Below are positions 61,945-64,000 of a stretch of DNA of 64,000 nt, piece by piece (position 1 is the first letter of the stretch; each line of letters starts with the position of its first letter). The notes below the pieces were generated by a model. That model saw only the letters and a list, made by a program, of their open reading frames with translations. It was not told where the DNA came from and did not search any database. Both the position numbers and the translations under genes were made by a program. This DNA comes from Myxococcota bacterium (lineage in GTDB: Bacteria; Myxococcota_A; UBA9160; PR03), in contig JBFIML010000008.1 in the NCBI GenBank assembly GCA_041611735.1, positions 40,570 through 104,569 on the forward strand. Direction: 5' to 3'.

Positions 61945-63369
61945 ATGAAGGCCCGTGTTTCCGTTGGCTTCGCACACTGGGCGGTGCTGGCGGTCGCCGC
62001 GCTGGTCTTCGGACCGACGCTGGCGCACGCCAGCCGGCTCTCCGAGGTGCGGGTCGGCACGCACCCCGGCTTCACGCGCATCGTGCTCGAGCTGGACGGC
62101 CCCGCCGGCTACCGGCTCCACGAACCGAAGGTCGGTGCGCCGCAAGAGCTGGTGATGGAGATCGACGCCAGCAGCTCGGCGCAGCAGGTCACCTCGCGTA
62201 GCCCGCTGGTGGGTGAGGTGAGGGTGGAGCCGTCGACGCGTGGCTCGACGGTGCGCATCCCGCTCAAGCGCGACGACGTGCACGTCACCGAGATGATCCT
62301 GGCCAAGCCCACGCGGATCGTTCTCGACGTGCGCCGCTTCGAGGCTGCGGCGATCGCCCCGCCGAAGGCTGCGACCGGCGCGCCGCCCGCCAAGCTGGAC
62401 ACGACTCCCTCGGCTGCTGCGGCGAAGGCGGGGACGAGCGCCCCGGCCGCCTCTGCCGGCCTGCCCGATCTCGCACCCGCCGAGCTCGAGAAGGCCGCGG
62501 CGGCAGCCCTCGGGGAGACGAAGGCCGCCCGCAGCTCAGGCACCGCCAAGGCTGCCGAGCCCGCCCAGAAGGCGGAGGTCGAGGCGGCCGCTGCCAAGCT
62601 GCCCGCAGCGGCGGGTCCGGAGCAGAGCGAGCCGCCGAGCGGCGCCGTGCAGGTGGCCTCCGCCGGCTCCGGGGAGGACGATCCCTTTGCGGGTATGCCG
62701 CTTCCGGGACCCGAGCAGGGCGCGGCGCCGGCTCCGTCCCTGCGCGCCGACGCGGCGCCGGGGTCTGCCAGGCCGCCCGTCCCCAGCAGCCGTGCAGCCC
62801 CTTCGACTGGTTCGAGTGGGGGGGTACCCGGCTTCCTGACCGCGCCCAAGGGGATCGTGGCGGTGGTGGCCGGAATCGTGATCCTGGTGCTCGTGTGGCT
62901 GCGCCTGCGGCGCCGCGAGGACGATAGCGAGCCGCTGACTGCTTCCATTCTGAACGATGAGGACTTCGCCATGTCGATGGATTCGGAGCCCACTGCGGCG
63001 GAGAGCGCCGCCCCGGAGTTGCACGCCGAGTCGGTGACGGAGTTCGATGCGAACTCGGATTTCGAGACGTCGCTCGAGCCGGCGCCGAGGACCGCGGCCG
63101 TCGCCCCGGCACCGGGACCCGCCCGGCCCGCGGCCGAGGGCGGTCGGCTCGACGCGCTCGAGCGGAGGCTGGTGCAGCTGGAGAGCCGCTGCGAGGAGCT
63201 CACCCAGGCTCGCGAACGGCTGGAGCGCCAGGTGGCGGCGCAGACCGAGGAGCTGCGTGTGCAGCGGGCTGCGATCGCACGCACGCAGCGGGTGGTCCGC
63301 TCCCTGGCGCGTCCCGAGGACGTGGCTACGGAGCCGGTCCCGCGCCCGCCCGAGCGGCCGGGCCACTAG
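61945..63369 (+). CDS. AMIN-like domain membrane protein with Ala/Pro linker, TM helix and cytoplasmic coiled coil
   Basis: Signal peptide; VRVGTHPGFTRIVLEL...PTRIVLDV; TM GIVAVVAGIVILVLVW; heptad-rich C-terminus. Confidence 0.7.
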   Translation: MKARVSVGFAHWAVLAVAALVFGPTLAHASRLSEVRVGTHPGFTRIVLELDGPAGYRLHEPKVGAPQELVMEIDASSSAQQVTSRSPLVGEVRVEPSTRGSTVRIPLKRDDVHVTEMILAKPTRIVLDVRRFEAAAIAPPKAATGAPPAKLDTTPSAAAAKAGTSAPAASAGLPDLAPAELEKAAAAALGETKAARSSGTAKAAEPAQKAEVEAAAAKLPAAAGPEQSEPPSGAVQVASAGSGEDDPFAGMPLPGPEQGAAPAPSLRADAAPGSARPPVPSSRAAPSTGSSGGVPGFLTAPKGIVAVVAGIVILVLVWLRLRRREDDSEPLTASILNDEDFAMSMDSEPTAAESAAPELHAESVTEFDANSDFETSLEPAPRTAAVAPAPGPARPAAEGGRLDALERRLVQLESRCEELTQARERLERQVAAQTEELRVQRAAIARTQRVVRSLARPEDVATEPVPRPPERPGH

Positions 63370-63392
63370 CGGCCAGCGCCCCGCATTCGAAG

Positions 63393-63432
63393 GCGGCGGC
63401 CGGGGACACCCGGCCGCCGCTCGTGTTTTTTG
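63393..63432 (+). terminator. Rho-independent terminator
   Basis: 12-bp stem GCGGCGGCCGGG-GACA-CCCGGCCGCCGC followed by TCGTGTTTTTT. Confidence 0.7.
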
Positions 63433-63559
63433 CCGCCTCTCTTCGGTTATTTCCATGCCGCCTCATGGGTGGAAACCCTGATACGGTCGAAGCCCCTTCC
63501 CGGGTAGGGTGCCCTCCAGGTAGCGGGTGCTGTACAGCCGCTCGGACGGGGGGTGTGCG

Positions 63560-64000
63560 GTGGCGATCCGGATCCTGCTCGCGGACGACCATGGGGTCGT
63601 CCGACAGGGGCTTCGCAAGCTGTTCGAGGCCCAGAAGGACTTCGAGGTGGTGGGCGAGGCGGCCGACGGCCTCGAGGCCGTCGAGCTGACCGGGCGCCTG
63701 GCGCCGGATGTGGTGGTGATGGACGTCTGGATGCCCCGGCTCTCGGGCGTGGAGGCGACGCGTCGCATCATCCGCTCCGGCGCTCCCACCCGCGTCCTGA
63801 TCCTCTCCATGCACAAGGCGCGCAGCTACGTGGAGGAGGTGCTTCGCGCCGGTGCGTCTGGCTACGTGCTCAAGGACACGCCCGCGAGCGAGGTGATGAC
63901 CGCGATCCGCGCCGTGAAGCAGGGGGAGTGCTATCTCTCGCCGGCGATCACCCAGCAGGTGGTGGACGCCCTCACCCACCCGGGAGATCTCGAGAGCTCA
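63560..64000 (+). CDS. NarL/LuxR-type response regulator (runs off window end)
   Basis: Manual translation: IRILLADDHGVVRQG...PDVVVMDVWMPRLSG...ILSMH...GASGYVLK...YLSP. Confidence 0.9.
   Translation, partial: MAIRILLADDHGVVRQGLRKLFEAQKDFEVVGEAADGLEAVELTGRLAPDVVVMDVWMPRLSGVEATRRIIRSGAPTRVLILSMHKARSYVEEVLRAGASGYVLKDTPASEVMTAIRAVKQGECYLSPAITQQVVDALTHPGDLESS

Noticed and set aside
63433-63559. Riboswitch or ncRNA upstream of the response regulator
   Set aside because: No recognisable consensus; probably just a promoter region.

Overview
A very GC-rich, gene-dense bacterial window. TolC/RND, AMIN and DUF1329 genes indicate a diderm cell, possibly Myxococcota-like (inference). The centre (about 17.4-44.2 kb) is an Actinobacteria-style sterol side-chain degradation region. 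It holds a KstR-like TetR regulator, two DUF35 genes, ltp4/ltp3-like and fadD19-like genes, heteromeric acyl-CoA dehydrogenase pairs, an igr-like chsE2-chsH2-chsE1-chsH1-ltp2 operon, fadA5-, echA19- and CYP125-like genes, and a ferredoxin. Two identical 20-bp KstR-type operators overlap sigma70-like promoters, and there is a third degenerate site. A dispersed palindromic element (arm GGGGACGTTCTTGAC..., four two-armed copies and one single arm) supplies the stop codons of seven genes. Other content: a Cus-like efflux operon with a Cys-rich leader ORF, a stand-alone rplC followed by an rlmE with no canonical start codon, rimO, tgt, ychF, rnhA, pyrE, SMUG1, LemA/DUF2207, tandem ArsA-like ATPases, an M64-like peptidase two-gene insert, a 42-aa basic ORF, a 44-bp tandem repeat and a decayed echA19 copy. 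No tRNA, rRNA, CRISPR array or transposase was seen. Family assignments come from motif recognition and memory; no database searches were run.
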